Part shown: piece after piece, positions 19,018 through 29,129 of the stretch
Layout of the letters: every line of letters starts with the position of its first letter
Position numbering within the stretch: the stretch's first letter is position 1
Virus record (IMG/VR): IMGVR_UViG_3300028591_000094
Coordinates: 1 to 64,000 of that record
Direction: 5' to 3' (one strand)
DNA: 64,000 nt
DNA from: a virus
Taxonomy: Duplodnaviria > Caudoviricetes
Notes under the pieces: generated by a model
What the model saw: only the letters and a program-made list of their open reading frames with translations
Database searches by the model: none
Told to the model about the DNA's origin: nothing
Position numbers and translations under genes: made by a program

Positions 19018-20460
19018 TTAAATTTCAAACTGATTTCGGATATTCTCTGGGAGCGTCTTGGCATACTCGGTCAGGAGCTTGGACAGGAATGTCTCCCCAT
19101 CGAACCCAGCGTCGAGGAACTTCAACATCGTCGGGTCATAGCCACTCATGAATATGCTGCCGTTCTCGTCGCGACGGATTGTCTCGGTCGTGGTGCGGTT
19201 GCGGGCGTTAAGGTTCCACCAGACCAACTTGGTACGAATACCCTTCTCTCGCCATGAGTTCATCAAAGCTTTGTTCTCGTCCTGTGAGTAGCAGTCGAAC
19301 TCCATGTCGGACAATACAACCAGATATTCGGGGAACTCGGTCTCCAGTCCGCCGAGGATGTCCATCACGGCACCGAAGTCTGTGTTGGAGCAGTCACCTG
19401 TATACATGGAGGCAATCTCCTTGCAATACTGTCCGTTACCGCTGATAGCCATGTCAGTCTCACGGTAGCTGTATATTACCCGTGGCTGGGTTACGCCAAG
19501 TTCGATGAGAGTCGGTTTGCTGCTGAATGTCAGAACGTGGTTGGGGCAGTATGTGCTGCACTTGCCTAGATAGTGACCGATAGCCAGGGCTTTGCCGAGG
19601 GCATCTTCCTCCAACATGCTTGACGAAGTGTCAACGATAGGAATCCAGTTGCCGCTGATTTTCTCCATCTTGCTGAACGCAAGGTCGGCGTCGATTTTCT
19701 CGCGGTTGCGATAGATATCATACACCGTCGCGGTGGAAAAGTTCATCTTCTTCTCACCCTTTCTAACCGATTCGAGGTAGGCAGCAAACCTTTCCGCCAT
19801 GTCCGTTTTGCCGCTTTTGCTTGTGCCAGCGAAACGAGCCCAGTACTTGAGAAGCGCCAGAGTCGGAATCTTGTCAAACTCAATCAAATCATTCTGATGA
19901 GCCGACAGTTTGCTCTCGACCGTGTCACACTTGACAAACTTGCCATATTCCTGCTTGTTCATACCGAGCATACGGCGGAATTTACTAGCGGAGATTGTGC
20001 TTGCCGACGGCTTGCCGTTCACCTTGGCTGTATAGTGTGGCATCCATTTCTTTGCGAGCTGGTTGTCCCTGGCACACTCCCTGATGATGAAGTCAACCCA
20101 CTCATCCTCGAACTCTTTGAATATAGGTGACTTCCACAGGTCGTCGAAACGTCCAGCAGCAACAACCATTTCAGCTGGGACGCCGCTCAAACGCATCAGG
20201 ACACGACCGAGGTCACGGTACTTCAGACCGTTACGCGGGTCGCGCATGAACATGGAGAACAGCTTTTCAACGTTGCTGTCACCAATTCTCACCTCTTTCA
20301 GGTGTTTGGTGTAGTACTCACCCTGGAATACAAGGTCAACCAGATGGTTGCCAGTGCTGATATAGGCTGTGTCGCCGTTCTCGGTGAGCTTGTTGTTGAA
20401 AAGCATTGAAAGTTCGCTGTTCTTGTGGCTGCGTACAGCCTTGTCCATGTTGTTCTCCAT
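19018..20460 (-). CDS. DUF2828-type TROVE-like / VWA domain protein
   Basis: LTENG..AY.STG, RDPRNG, GRFDDL, LAKKWMP, MIDAS-like DTSSSM, LSDMEFD, VWWNL. Confidence 0.8.
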   Translation of the reverse strand: MENNMDKAVRSHKNSELSMLFNNKLTENGDTAYISTGNHLVDLVFQGEYYTKHLKEVRIGDSNVEKLFSMFMRDPRNGLKYRDLGRVLMRLSGVPAEMVVAAGRFDDLWKSPIFKEFEDEWVDFIIRECARDNQLAKKWMPHYTAKVNGKPSASTISASKFRRMLGMNKQEYGKFVKCDTVESKLSAHQNDLIEFDKIPTLALLKYWARFAGTSKSGKTDMAERFAAYLESVRKGEKKMNFSTATVYDIYRNREKIDADLAFSKMEKISGNWIPIVDTSSSMLEEDALGKALAIGHYLGKCSTYCPNHVLTFSSKPTLIELGVTQPRVIYSYRETDMAISGNGQYCKEIASMYTGDCSNTDFGAVMDILGGLETEFPEYLVVLSDMEFDCYSQDENKALMNSWREKGIRTKLVWWNLNARNRTTTETIRRDENGSIFMSGYDPTMLKFLDAGFDGETFLSKLLTEYAKTLPENIRNQFEI

Positions 20461-20553
20461 AATTTGCGTTTTGATATTAAGTTTTGTTAATTTTCACGAA
20501 AACTGCGGGAGGGGATTGTTATTTCCCCCCGCGCAGTGCGCCCTCGGCGTTCA

Positions 20554-21000
20554 TTAGAACGGGAGGTCGTCGTCAGCTGCAGGTGCTGCATCCGAGGTTG
20601 GTGCAGGGGCCGCTGGCTGAGGGGCTGGTGTTGAAGCGGCGGGTTTCGAGGCGCTTGCCTGGTTGTTACCACCTTCGTTATCGTCGCGCTTAGCTCCGCC
20701 GCCGAAGTAGATTGACGTTGCTCTCAGGTCGTTGCCGATTTCGGCAGCGCCAGTCTTGTTGCTGGTGTAGATACGATTGGAGTAGTCGCCGTCGATAATG
20801 ACAAAGCTACCTTTCTTAAGGCTCTTGCAGAAGTTCTGCAGACCACTGTCCCACACGGTGACCGTGAACCAATACGCGCTGTTCTCGGGGTCGCCATACT
20901 CGCTGTTTGCAATACGGAAGGTTGTGTAAGTTGCGCCACTTTTTGTGGTCTTTACCTCTGGGTCATTACCAAGATGACCGTTGACAATCATTTTTCTCAT
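20554..21000 (-). CDS. ssb: single-stranded DNA-binding protein
   Basis: OB-fold GHLGNDPEV...WFTVTVW and C-terminal DDDLPF. Confidence 0.92.
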   Translation of the reverse strand: MRKMIVNGHLGNDPEVKTTKSGATYTTFRIANSEYGDPENSAYWFTVTVWDSGLQNFCKSLKKGSFVIIDGDYSNRIYTSNKTGAAEIGNDLRATSIYFGGGAKRDDNEGGNNQASASKPAASTPAPQPAAPAPTSDAAPAADDDLPF

Positions 21001-21134
21001 GTTAATGAATTTTTTGAATTTGACTTTTATTAAATTTGACTTTGTATGATACTTTTAATATACGACTTTTTTCTGACTATATAACGCAAATCAACCAGTT
21101 TTTTGTACAAATATTGTGAATTTTTTTCTTGATA

Positions 21135-21584
21135 TTACAAATTGTCTCTGTACCAGCTGATTAGATAAACATTATCGTTGCTCAGTTCTTCAACTTTTTC
21201 GGAAATATTGATAATAGTGTACCCTTTTTCCTTGAACGGTTTGAGAATTGGCTCGATGTAAGGTACAACATCCTTCGAGAATGAATAGACACACCTGTAG
21301 TCGGTGAAGATGTCGCCGTTCGTGCGGAAACTGGTCTTGTCGTTAATCAGTTTGTTGATTCGGTGCTGGTGCAGTTTGATAAGGGTGCTCACATCGGTCG
21401 TTATGCCGTATGTCGACTTGCTATAGGCGACATTGGCTGGGGTGATGTCCTCCTCCTTGCTGGCGTGGGCTGAAAACCACGATATGATTTTCCTCCATAT
21501 CGGTTTGGCTGCGTTTATGCCAGTGTTCTGCTTATTTTCGTTGATGTCTTCCATTTCTTGTTTGAATTTTAGGTTAGTTTGCAT
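21135..21584 (-). CDS. hypothetical protein
   Basis: 149-aa ORF. Confidence 0.65.
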   Translation of the reverse strand: MQTNLKFKQEMEDINENKQNTGINAAKPIWRKIISWFSAHASKEEDITPANVAYSKSTYGITTDVSTLIKLHQHRINKLINDKTSFRTNGDIFTDYRCVYSFSKDVVPYIEPILKPFKEKGYTIINISEKVEELSNDNVYLISWYRDNL

Positions 21585-21834
21585 TTTCGAAAAGACTCAG
21601 TTGGCAACCAGGCACTTTCTGCTCGGTCTTGAAGTCCTCGGTCGCGAGCTCAACGTTGGTGCAACGCTTGTCAATCTCCTCGGCAGCGGCAAGGAGTTTC
21701 GGGGCTACGGTTGTCTGCGAGTTGTCTTCGGCGATTTTGTCTGCAATGTCGGTCAGCATCGTTCTGGCGATGCGCGCGAACTTAAGCGCTGTTTTTAAAT
21801 CTTTCATAATTTGCTTGTAATCATTAATTTCCAT
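21574..21834 (-). CDS. hypothetical protein with C-terminal QLSLF sliding-clamp-binding-like motif
   Basis: ends CQLSLFENAN. Confidence 0.6.
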   Translation of the reverse strand: MEINDYKQIMKDLKTALKFARIARTMLTDIADKIAEDNSQTTVAPKLLAAAEEIDKRCTNVELATEDFKTEQKVPGCQLSLFENAN

Positions 21835-21880
21835 TTTTGTGTGTATTTTTGGTTAATAACAATATGGTTTAATTTTGTTG

Positions 21881-22063
21881 CTATTGCTCACGGCATTCAC
21901 TAAGGTATGAGTCGTTCAAGTCTGCACAACTGTTGTATTCTGGACAGTGTGTGATATCAACCTGTACCTGGCGCTGGATATGTTCGTTTGTGCATACACA
22001 TATCCTATGCTTTGCACATCCTGCCAAAGTCAGCAGTAGCATTGGAATGATAATTTTTTTCAT
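21881..22063 (-). CDS. small Cys-rich lipoprotein
   Basis: lipobox LAGC. Confidence 0.65.
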   Translation of the reverse strand: MKKIIIPMLLLTLAGCAKHRICVCTNEHIQRQVQVDITHCPEYNSCADLNDSYLSECREQ

Positions 22064-22070
22064 GACTTTA

Positions 22071-22310
22071 CTAGTTTGCTGTTATTTGATTGAATACGGT
22101 TTCGAGTTTCTCGTATTTATCACGTTTCTGCTGTGTAAGAGGTATGTTCCTGTTCTTTAACAAGTACTGCTCGAAATCAGTCAACTCGTTGTACAGGTTC
22201 AGTAGCGCTATGTTTGAGTTGCGTGTCAACCTCTTGCCGATTTCCTGTTTCTGTGAACTAATCAATTCAACTGTAATTTCATCCTTTGCCATATTTCTAT
22301 TCTTTTGCAA
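22071..22310 (-). CDS. hypothetical protein
   Basis: 79-aa ORF. Confidence 0.55.
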   Translation of the reverse strand: MQKNRNMAKDEITVELISSQKQEIGKRLTRNSNIALLNLYNELTDFEQYLLKNRNIPLTQQKRDKYEKLETVFNQITAN

Positions 22311-23130
22311 GTTTGTTGTCGGTGAGATATCTTACGTCGCCCTCTTCGTCAATATAGAAGCACTTATGGCAATCCAGACAGAATATGTTACTGACTAGGT
22401 CGTAGACTGGCTTGTCGCCAACCCACTTGAATCCACCGTTTTCGGTTCCAATCTTCGTCAGCTGTTGGGTGTGCCCAACAATCTGGGTGTATTCTGTATT
22501 TCTACCACTGGGGCACAGCATGAATTCGTCGAAGTCAGCCCATATGCACGAACCGATAGGTGACCACCCGCCTCGCAGATGCGACACCCGACCAAGCAGT
22601 GACAGTGCGGTTGTATCCTCGTTGTGGGCTGCGTTGTCAAGTATGTCCAGTGCCTCAACCACCGTCTTATCATCGCTGAGACCGTATTCTTTCCTGACAC
22701 TCTTCAGCCATATGTCGTGCACACCAGCGTGGGTAAACAGGAACTGCATGTCACCCTGGGTGTAGAGTCTGTGAAGCATGAATCGGTTCAGGTTTTCGTT
22801 GAAGAGCATTGAAATCTCAAGCTTGTTGTTGTAGTCGGTGCGACACTCACAGAGATGCGCATCGGGCCATATATACGTCGTGTCGTGGTTCCCTATCAAC
22901 AGGGTGACATTCCATTTCTCCTTGGTCGCCTCCAGGATTTCCTTGAAGTTTTCCAGGGCGTCCTCTGGTGTTATCCCCTCATGGGCATATGGGTCGAGAT
23001 AGTCCCCAAGGAAGACGACGGGTGTGCCGTCCTCAATGTAGGGGAGCGCATCTCTCCAGAATTTCCGCCCGTGTATGTCGGGTATTATTACCACTTTTTT
23101 CTCCATATTAACAAGTTTGCTTCGTTCCAA
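22297..23130 (-). CDS. calcineurin-like metallophosphoesterase
   Basis: DIHG, GDYLD, GNHD, HAG, GHT motifs. Confidence 0.9.
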   Translation of the reverse strand: MERSKLVNMEKKVVIIPDIHGRKFWRDALPYIEDGTPVVFLGDYLDPYAHEGITPEDALENFKEILEATKEKWNVTLLIGNHDTTYIWPDAHLCECRTDYNNKLEISMLFNENLNRFMLHRLYTQGDMQFLFTHAGVHDIWLKSVRKEYGLSDDKTVVEALDILDNAAHNEDTTALSLLGRVSHLRGGWSPIGSCIWADFDEFMLCPSGRNTEYTQIVGHTQQLTKIGTENGGFKWVGDKPVYDLVSNIFCLDCHKCFYIDEEGDVRYLTDNKLAKE

Positions 23131-23182
23131 TTACATCTATATAACGCAAATGAATGTATTTTTTGTACAAGTTTGTTGAAAA

Positions 23183-23419
23183 TTATTTTTCCAAATATTG
23201 TTTCATTTTCTTACAATCCGTATTCTCACACATCCAACAACTTGATTTACCGTGTGATGTACAATCCTTGCACACTTCGTCAATCTCTTTGCAGCATCTC
23301 CAGTCGCCAATGCAGCCGACACCTTGGTTCCCAGAACAACCGTTCTCACCTTCCGTTGGCTTGGTACATGTCTTGCATCTTTCAAGCCGTTTCAACATTA
23401 TGTCTTTTCTATTACACAT
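23183..23419 (-). CDS. small Cys-rich protein
   Basis: multiple CxxC. Confidence 0.55.
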   Translation of the reverse strand: MCNRKDIMLKRLERCKTCTKPTEGENGCSGNQGVGCIGDWRCCKEIDEVCKDCTSHGKSSCWMCENTDCKKMKQYLEK

Positions 23420-23855
23420 GTTCTAATTTTGATTGCCTGTCGATATCGCGTTCCTTCAGCGTTTGTTTCTTGTCGTAGAGTTTCTTTCCCTTGCATATAC
23501 CAATCTTGACCTTGCAGAGACCTCTCTCATTGATGAACATCGAAAGCGGCACTATTGTGTAGCCTTTTCCCTTCTCCTTGAGGAACCTTCTGATTTTGTT
23601 TATTTCGTTTTTATTCAAGAGGAGTTTGCGTTCGCGGTGCTCGTCATATGTTGAAAAACCTGCGTTCTCATACAGTTTAATGTATGATGATTTCAACCAT
23701 AGTTCACCTCTAGCGTCTATGTAGCAGAAAGCATCCGCAATAGATGCGTTGGCGTTGCGGATACTCTTGATTTCCCCGCCGTTCAGAACGATGCCAGCAA
23801 CGTATTCGTCCTCGACAATATAATTGAAATAGGCTTTCTTGTTGTTAATCGTCAT
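23412..23855 (-). CDS. smpB: SsrA-binding protein SmpB
   Basis: NKKAYFNY...AGIVL.G.EIKSIR...RKLLL.K.EI...GKKLYDK. Confidence 0.95.
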   Translation of the reverse strand: MTINNKKAYFNYIVEDEYVAGIVLNGGEIKSIRNANASIADAFCYIDARGELWLKSSYIKLYENAGFSTYDEHRERKLLLNKNEINKIRRFLKEKGKGYTIVPLSMFINERGLCKVKIGICKGKKLYDKKQTLKERDIDRQSKLEHV

Positions 23856-24147
23856 TGGTTGGATAGATTATTTTTTCGTAGATGTATTTCAAAACGTCTT
23901 CGAAATCGGATTTGTCTTCATCGTTTAATTCCCAGGGTCTTATGCCAATACACTTGACATCAGGTTCCTCTTTGTTGAGGATGTGGGCAATGACGTAACA
24001 GGTTTGGGGATTTTGATAACAGAGTATCTCGTACAAATAGTTACCATTGTACGTCGGGCGCGCCTCGATGTTGCCTATACGCACAGTTCTAGTTGTCTTC
24101 ATTGCATATTTCGGTTTTAAAACTTGTATCGTCGTGAATGTTCCCAA
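23845..24147 (-). CDS. hypothetical protein (start uncertain)
   Basis: ORF overlapping both neighbours. Confidence 0.55.
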   Translation of the reverse strand: MGTFTTIQVLKPKYAMKTTRTVRIGNIEARPTYNGNYLYEILCYQNPQTCYVIAHILNKEEPDVKCIGIRPWELNDEDKSDFEDVLKYIYEKIIYPTNDD

Positions 24148-24532
24148 TGACTGTTATGTCCAACGTCTTGTTTACGTTCTCGCTTAGTGATTTGAAAAAG
24201 TTGAGATATCTGCCTAGAGGCATGCCTGGACGATGCTTTGGTGTGACGACATAGAAATAACCGTCTGGGTGCCAGGCTACATATCCGAAACCACCTTCGC
24301 CAGCATACATCTGTATTATGTCGCCCTCGAATATCGGCTGACCATGGTCGTCGTTGACGCCCGTGCACTCGCCCACAGTTTCCGCCTGCACCTGGCTTTG
24401 TCTGCCAGGCGCAAGTGATAACTGATTGTATTCCGTTATGTAGCAATGGTTGCCGCTGCGCGACCGTTCCAGGTCGCCGTAAATCCATTTTCCATCGCTG
24501 ACAGTCTTGCCTCTGTACTCTATAAGTCTCAT
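24089..24532 (-). CDS. YopX family protein
   Basis: YRGK...WIYGDL...TVGECTG...IFEGDI...VIGNIHD. Confidence 0.88.
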   Translation of the reverse strand: MRLIEYRGKTVSDGKWIYGDLERSRSGNHCYITEYNQLSLAPGRQSQVQAETVGECTGVNDDHGQPIFEGDIIQMYAGEGGFGYVAWHPDGYFYVVTPKHRPGMPLGRYLNFFKSLSENVNKTLDITVIGNIHDDTSFKTEICNEDN

Positions 24533-25185
24533 TTCTGAACCTCAATGAATACGTTCTGCTGATTCTCAATGTACGGGTTCTCCTCGTTCACGATAACCTT
24601 GACGTAGGTGTGTTTCTTCCTGAAGAAGTTGACGAACTTGCACTTGGACGGCTTGATTGGCTCTCGTTTGGTGTATATGATAACCTCTTTCTCGGAAACA
24701 ACGTTCGGTGCCACACAGATAATGTTCGGGTAATGTAAGTGCACCTCGGTGTTCATCCATCTGTCGCCTATGATTGTGTCTACACATAAGTCTGGGTCGC
24801 GGAATATCGTGTCATGCAGTTCCAGGGTATCGTGACGCTGGAAATGTGTGTAAAGATACTGCAGTTCCTTAAGGTGTTTGTCCTTAATCTTCAAGGAATC
24901 CTGCACTCGCAATAGTTTGGCTGTCACTGAATCGTTGAAATAGTGTAAGTCATCCACTGTTAGAGATAGTTGGTACACCTCGTTGTCAGCCTCCTGCAGA
25001 CGGTCGATAAGCGACTTATTGTTCTGTGAATAAACCCCAATCTCGTTCTCAGCGTCATGATACTTCTTGATGTATATGAGTGCAAGAACCAGAGGAACGA
25101 CGATAGCCAATCCAATAAGAATCTGCTTCCAGTATTTTTTGAAAAATGCGCCGATGGCGGTGATAATCATCATGAATGTTGACAT
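24529..25185 (-). CDS. membrane-anchored coiled-coil protein (spanin-like candidate)
   Basis: N-terminal TM, coiled coil, DT-rich beta region; TATTTATA upstream. Confidence 0.55.
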   Translation of the reverse strand: MSTFMMIITAIGAFFKKYWKQILIGLAIVVPLVLALIYIKKYHDAENEIGVYSQNNKSLIDRLQEADNEVYQLSLTVDDLHYFNDSVTAKLLRVQDSLKIKDKHLKELQYLYTHFQRHDTLELHDTIFRDPDLCVDTIIGDRWMNTEVHLHYPNIICVAPNVVSEKEVIIYTKREPIKPSKCKFVNFFRKKHTYVKVIVNEENPYIENQQNVFIEVQK

Positions 25186-25230
25186 TGTATCTGAAATTTA
25201 ATTTGATTTATAATATATTATAAATATTCG

Positions 25231-26454
25231 CTAGCCAATATTGAACCATTCTTTCAGGCTGACAACCATGTCAGTATTCTCCCAGGGGAACATGAGACAA
25301 CCGACAGATTCGTCGAAATAAGATGTATGACCGAAGTGACCGTATTTCGCCGTGGATAGATATATCGGGTTCTTCAACGCGAGTTTGTTGATGATGCTGT
25401 ATGGAGTAAAGTCCACATTGAGTTTAAGCATCTTGGCAATCTCACTGTCTCGGAACGCTACATGTGACGTATTGTGCGTGTCGATAAACACACTGATAGG
25501 CTTGGCTCTGCCTATTGCGTAGGCTATCTGTATGGTACACTCGTCACATACGCCAGCAGCTACCAGGTTCTTTGCAATGTAGCGGGCGAAATACGCAGCG
25601 CTTCTGTCGACCTTGGAGGGGTCTTTTCCACTGAAGGCCCCGCCGCCGTGAGGACAGTGTCCGCCATAGGTGTCCACAACTATCTTGCGACCCGTCAGCC
25701 CAGTGTCACCAGCAGGACCACCTATAACAAACCGTCCTGTCGGGTTGACGAGCAGTTTGAAACGTTCAAACCCTTCCTCGTCATAGAACAGGTTTATAAT
25801 CTTGGTATCCAGCTGGCTGGTTATCGTGGCAATCGAGGTTTCAACCAGGTCGACTATAGTCTCGTTGGCAACGTCGGGGTCGTGCTGTGTCGACACAAGT
25901 ACGGTGTCAACCCTCAACGGCTTGTGTGTATCTTCGTCGTATTCGATTGTCACCTGAGCCTTGGCGTCTGGGCGCAGCCACTTGTCAAGCCCGAGGATGC
26001 GCCTTGAAGTAAGGTCGTCCAATATCATGCGTGACAGCATGACTTCGAGAGGCATGTACTCGATACCGTCTTTGACCGCATACCCGAATACCATACCCTG
26101 GTCGCCAGCCCCCTGCTCCTGAGGGGTTTTGCGGTCTACACCCTGGCTGATGTCGGGCGACTGCTCGTGAATCGCCGAGAATATCCCGCACGAGTTGCCA
26201 TCAAACAGATACTCTCCCTTGTTGTATCCGATATCAACGATGGTCTTTCTGACCACGTCTGGTATGTCAACATATGCATGGGTTGTGATTTCACCAGCGA
26301 CCACCACCTGTCCTGTGGTAACGAGCGTTTCACATGCCACTCGCGATTCTTTGTCCTGTCGCAAAGCCTCGTCCAGTATTGCGTCTGAAATCTGGTCGGC
26401 TACCTTGTCTGGGTGTCCCATAGACACCGACTCTGATGTAAAATAGTAGTTCAT
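25231..26454 (-). CDS. metK: S-adenosylmethionine synthetase
   Basis: FTSESVS.GHPDK, GAGDQG, GGGAFSGKDPSKVDRS. Confidence 0.97.
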   Translation of the reverse strand: MNYYFTSESVSMGHPDKVADQISDAILDEALRQDKESRVACETLVTTGQVVVAGEITTHAYVDIPDVVRKTIVDIGYNKGEYLFDGNSCGIFSAIHEQSPDISQGVDRKTPQEQGAGDQGMVFGYAVKDGIEYMPLEVMLSRMILDDLTSRRILGLDKWLRPDAKAQVTIEYDEDTHKPLRVDTVLVSTQHDPDVANETIVDLVETSIATITSQLDTKIINLFYDEEGFERFKLLVNPTGRFVIGGPAGDTGLTGRKIVVDTYGGHCPHGGGAFSGKDPSKVDRSAAYFARYIAKNLVAAGVCDECTIQIAYAIGRAKPISVFIDTHNTSHVAFRDSEIAKMLKLNVDFTPYSIINKLALKNPIYLSTAKYGHFGHTSYFDESVGCLMFPWENTDMVVSLKEWFNIG

Positions 26455-26670
26455 TTTTTTTTACATTTAGTTTCTAAAAAAATCCCTTGTCACATCCACA
26501 GCGTGGATAACATATTGTCTTTTTTTGAATTCGCCTTCATTGTTTTTTTCAAGCTCCTTGCATTTTTTGGATGCACTCGCGAACGACACTGCTAGATACA
26601 AACCGCCGTCGTCGTTTAGATACGGTTTGATAACACCAGTTGCCAAATCCTTGTATAGGATAGTGAAAAA

Positions 26671-26984
26671 TTCATAACAATTTTGGCAAGGAAACCCCGA
26701 AATCTTCAGTTTCGGGGAGGAATTGCCATCTTCCCTCTTTTTAATTATTATAGTTATTTTTTTAATTTCTTAATATTTATTATAAACTCAGTTCTTTGAA
26801 ATGGTGTCTCGAGGTTGCCGCCCGAAACCCGTGGGTGGCGTAAAACCATAGGCGTTTTTTGTATTTTTTTTTCAAGCAAGCGGAAGGCTTGTAAGACAAC
26901 CGTGTAAGAGCACTTGTAAACGTGCCGTGCCTAAGGCTCTCGCCTTTCAAAAGCCGCTGAATCTTTAGTTCAGCGGTAGTTTAC
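26671..26984 (+). mobile_element. non-autonomous IS200/IS605 remnant (PATE-like): left-end and right-end hairpins, no ORF
   Basis: LE GGCAAGGAAACCCCGAAA-loop-TTTCGGGGAGGAATTGCC; RE CCGCTGAA-TCTTTAG-TTCAGCGG-TAGTTTAC. Confidence 0.7.
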
Positions 26985-27029
26985 TGAAATCTCCCATAAT
27001 TATATTTAAATTTGTTTTTATTTTTCTTA

Positions 27030-27494
27030 TTAATATCCAGCCTGTTTTGGTTCAACCACCAGACTGATTGATGTATTGTTCGTAAGGTCAACCTCCGTAA
27101 CGTACATTTGGTTGGCGCTAAACTCCGTATCGCCGCCCTCGTACATTATAGGATAGGAATCCAGGATTTTATCGTCTGGGTAGAAACCGAAAACCCCGTT
27201 GATTTCCTTGGCTCCCATGTAAGCGAGTATTTCCCTCAGTTTCAGTTTGTATATCGACCACCCGTCACTGTCAACCCCTATTATAGCGTCTTTGTCCAAG
27301 TATTTATAGTCGACAGCGAAACGTTCTGCCAGTTCATCATAAGTGAATGTTTTCTGTTCGTTAACGTCGAGTTTATTGGCAATAACACTACGTCTGTCCG
27401 AAAAGTTTCTGACAATAACCCAGGTTTCATTGGAATCGTCAACAGCTTTCACAATGTCATATTTTACCAGCCCTTCGCAATCTTTCTCGGTCAT
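27030..27494 (-). CDS. hypothetical protein
   Basis: 154-aa ORF. Confidence 0.7.
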   Translation of the reverse strand: MTEKDCEGLVKYDIVKAVDDSNETWVIVRNFSDRRSVIANKLDVNEQKTFTYDELAERFAVDYKYLDKDAIIGVDSDGWSIYKLKLREILAYMGAKEINGVFGFYPDDKILDSYPIMYEGGDTEFSANQMYVTEVDLTNNTSISLVVEPKQAGY

Positions 27495-27496
27495 GT

Positions 27497-27790
27497 TTAT
27501 CTTGTTTTGTTAATGTATAGAATCTCTGTGTCAGTATCAGCGTCTGTAACCAATATGAAACGTGAATATGCACTAGTGTGCACAGTTGCGTCTTCCTCCA
27601 ACTCCCGAAATACTGTCTTCCATTTGTTCAAGGGAACTTGTGGTTTCACACCTTCAACTTGAAACCGACTGTTCACAAGACGCAGGTTTACCGCCTTGAC
27701 CCGTCTCAGCCTGGCCTGTTCCAACGGGATTGCTGGTTCGTCCTGCATGCACAGCCTGAGTATTTCACTTGCTATTTTCTGTCTGTCCAT
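27497..27790 (-). CDS. hypothetical protein
   Basis: 97-aa ORF. Confidence 0.65.
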   Translation of the reverse strand: MDRQKIASEILRLCMQDEPAIPLEQARLRRVKAVNLRLVNSRFQVEGVKPQVPLNKWKTVFRELEEDATVHTSAYSRFILVTDADTDTEILYINKTR

Positions 27791-28034
27791 TAATTACTTC
27801 CTCCATAATCAGAGTGCCCGTCGCAACGGTCGATTCGTCGCCGCCGACACCGTAGAGTTTAAGAGTATAAGTTTCTTTTTCTCCAGCGTGTGCCTCGACT
27901 ACCTGTTGGTATAGTTTGCGCCAGCCGACAACAGGTTTCTCATATATGCCAGCAAGTTGTCTCTTACCATCATACACCATCAACATAATGTGATAGAACT
28001 TCTTTGGAATCTTTACTTTGGTAATGTCTTTCAT
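27765..28034 (-). CDS. hypothetical protein
   Basis: 89-aa ORF. Confidence 0.65.
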   Translation of the reverse strand: MKDITKVKIPKKFYHIMLMVYDGKRQLAGIYEKPVVGWRKLYQQVVEAHAGEKETYTLKLYGVGGDESTVATGTLIMEEVINGQTENSK

Positions 28035-28075
28035 TTTTTATTCTCTTTTATTCTGTTTTATTATTTCAAACTATA

Positions 28076-28507
28076 CTACTCACCGTCATCACTATCGTTC
28101 TCTTCAGTGAAATCAGTGAAATAGTGGCTATCCTCAACACCGTTCATCGTCACGACATAGACCTTGAACTGTTTGGAGGGGTCGTCAACCAGCTCGACAC
28201 ACATGTCCTCGGCTTTCAGAATGTCAGCCATTTTAACTACAACTGTCGGGGTTGCAAAGAAAACGTTGTTGAAACGCTCGTCTGGACCATACTGGTAATA
28301 ACCCACCTTGTTAAACGACTGATGCTGCTCCTTGTTGAAATATTTGTCCAAGTTTACTGGGTGCAGTATCACATAGTGCTTCGACGACAGCGCGTCCGTA
28401 AACGACTTCAACACCGCATTGGTAAATTTATCATTGTCCAGTTCGTTTGCATATTTGTGGTACTCAGCCAGTTCATCAGCTATAATCTCTTTCATCTTCG
28501 TTTCCAT
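28076..28507 (-). CDS. hypothetical protein
   Basis: 143 aa; class-I promoter upstream. Confidence 0.7.
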   Translation of the reverse strand: METKMKEIIADELAEYHKYANELDNDKFTNAVLKSFTDALSSKHYVILHPVNLDKYFNKEQHQSFNKVGYYQYGPDERFNNVFFATPTVVVKMADILKAEDMCVELVDDPSKQFKVYVVTMNGVEDSHYFTDFTEENDSDDGE

Positions 28508-28658
28508 TTCTTCCTTGCTTTTTAGTTTGACTTTCCGTTAATTTACATCTATATAACGCAGGACAACCTGTTTTTTGTACAACTGGGCTGAAAAATATTT
28601 CCGTCCATTCATTAATATACAAAAAATTTGGAAACTATTTATAGTATCATAGAATTTT

Positions 28659-29129
28659 TTGCTAATGAGAGATAACGTTAGTACACAAATACCGAAAGTA
28701 TATACACACGGCGCCATAGGACGCAGTGCCGACATAGCGGAACTATTCAAGCCATACTCCCCGTCAAACCCATACAACTACCAATTCGGCGACCCGTCGT
28801 CAATCTATTACATAGACAAACACAACGTCATAAAACACGTCACGCCAGAGTCCGACCTCTACGACATTATAACCAACAGCGACTGGACTGAACTTAAGAT
28901 TAAGCAGTCAAAGAGAACCCGAAAATACATCATTACCGTTAAAGAGGGCTCGCCGTCATGCGACGGATGTGAGTTCGGATTGAAATGCTCCAACGAACAG
29001 CGTCTGAAATGTGAAGCAGGCAAAAAAATAGCCGAGCTGTTCAACCTGCCAGACTTGGCATGGAAAACAGCTCAGTTGGAAGATGTTACGGATTTTAAAC
29101 CTCTGCCGACGGATTCGCTCCTTGACTAG
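28659..29129 (+). CDS. hypothetical protein with CxxC cluster
   Basis: 156 aa; TATTTATA at 28636-28643. Confidence 0.65.
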   Translation: MLMRDNVSTQIPKVYTHGAIGRSADIAELFKPYSPSNPYNYQFGDPSSIYYIDKHNVIKHVTPESDLYDIITNSDWTELKIKQSKRTRKYIITVKEGSPSCDGCEFGLKCSNEQRLKCEAGKKIAELFNLPDLAWKTAQLEDVTDFKPLPTDSLLD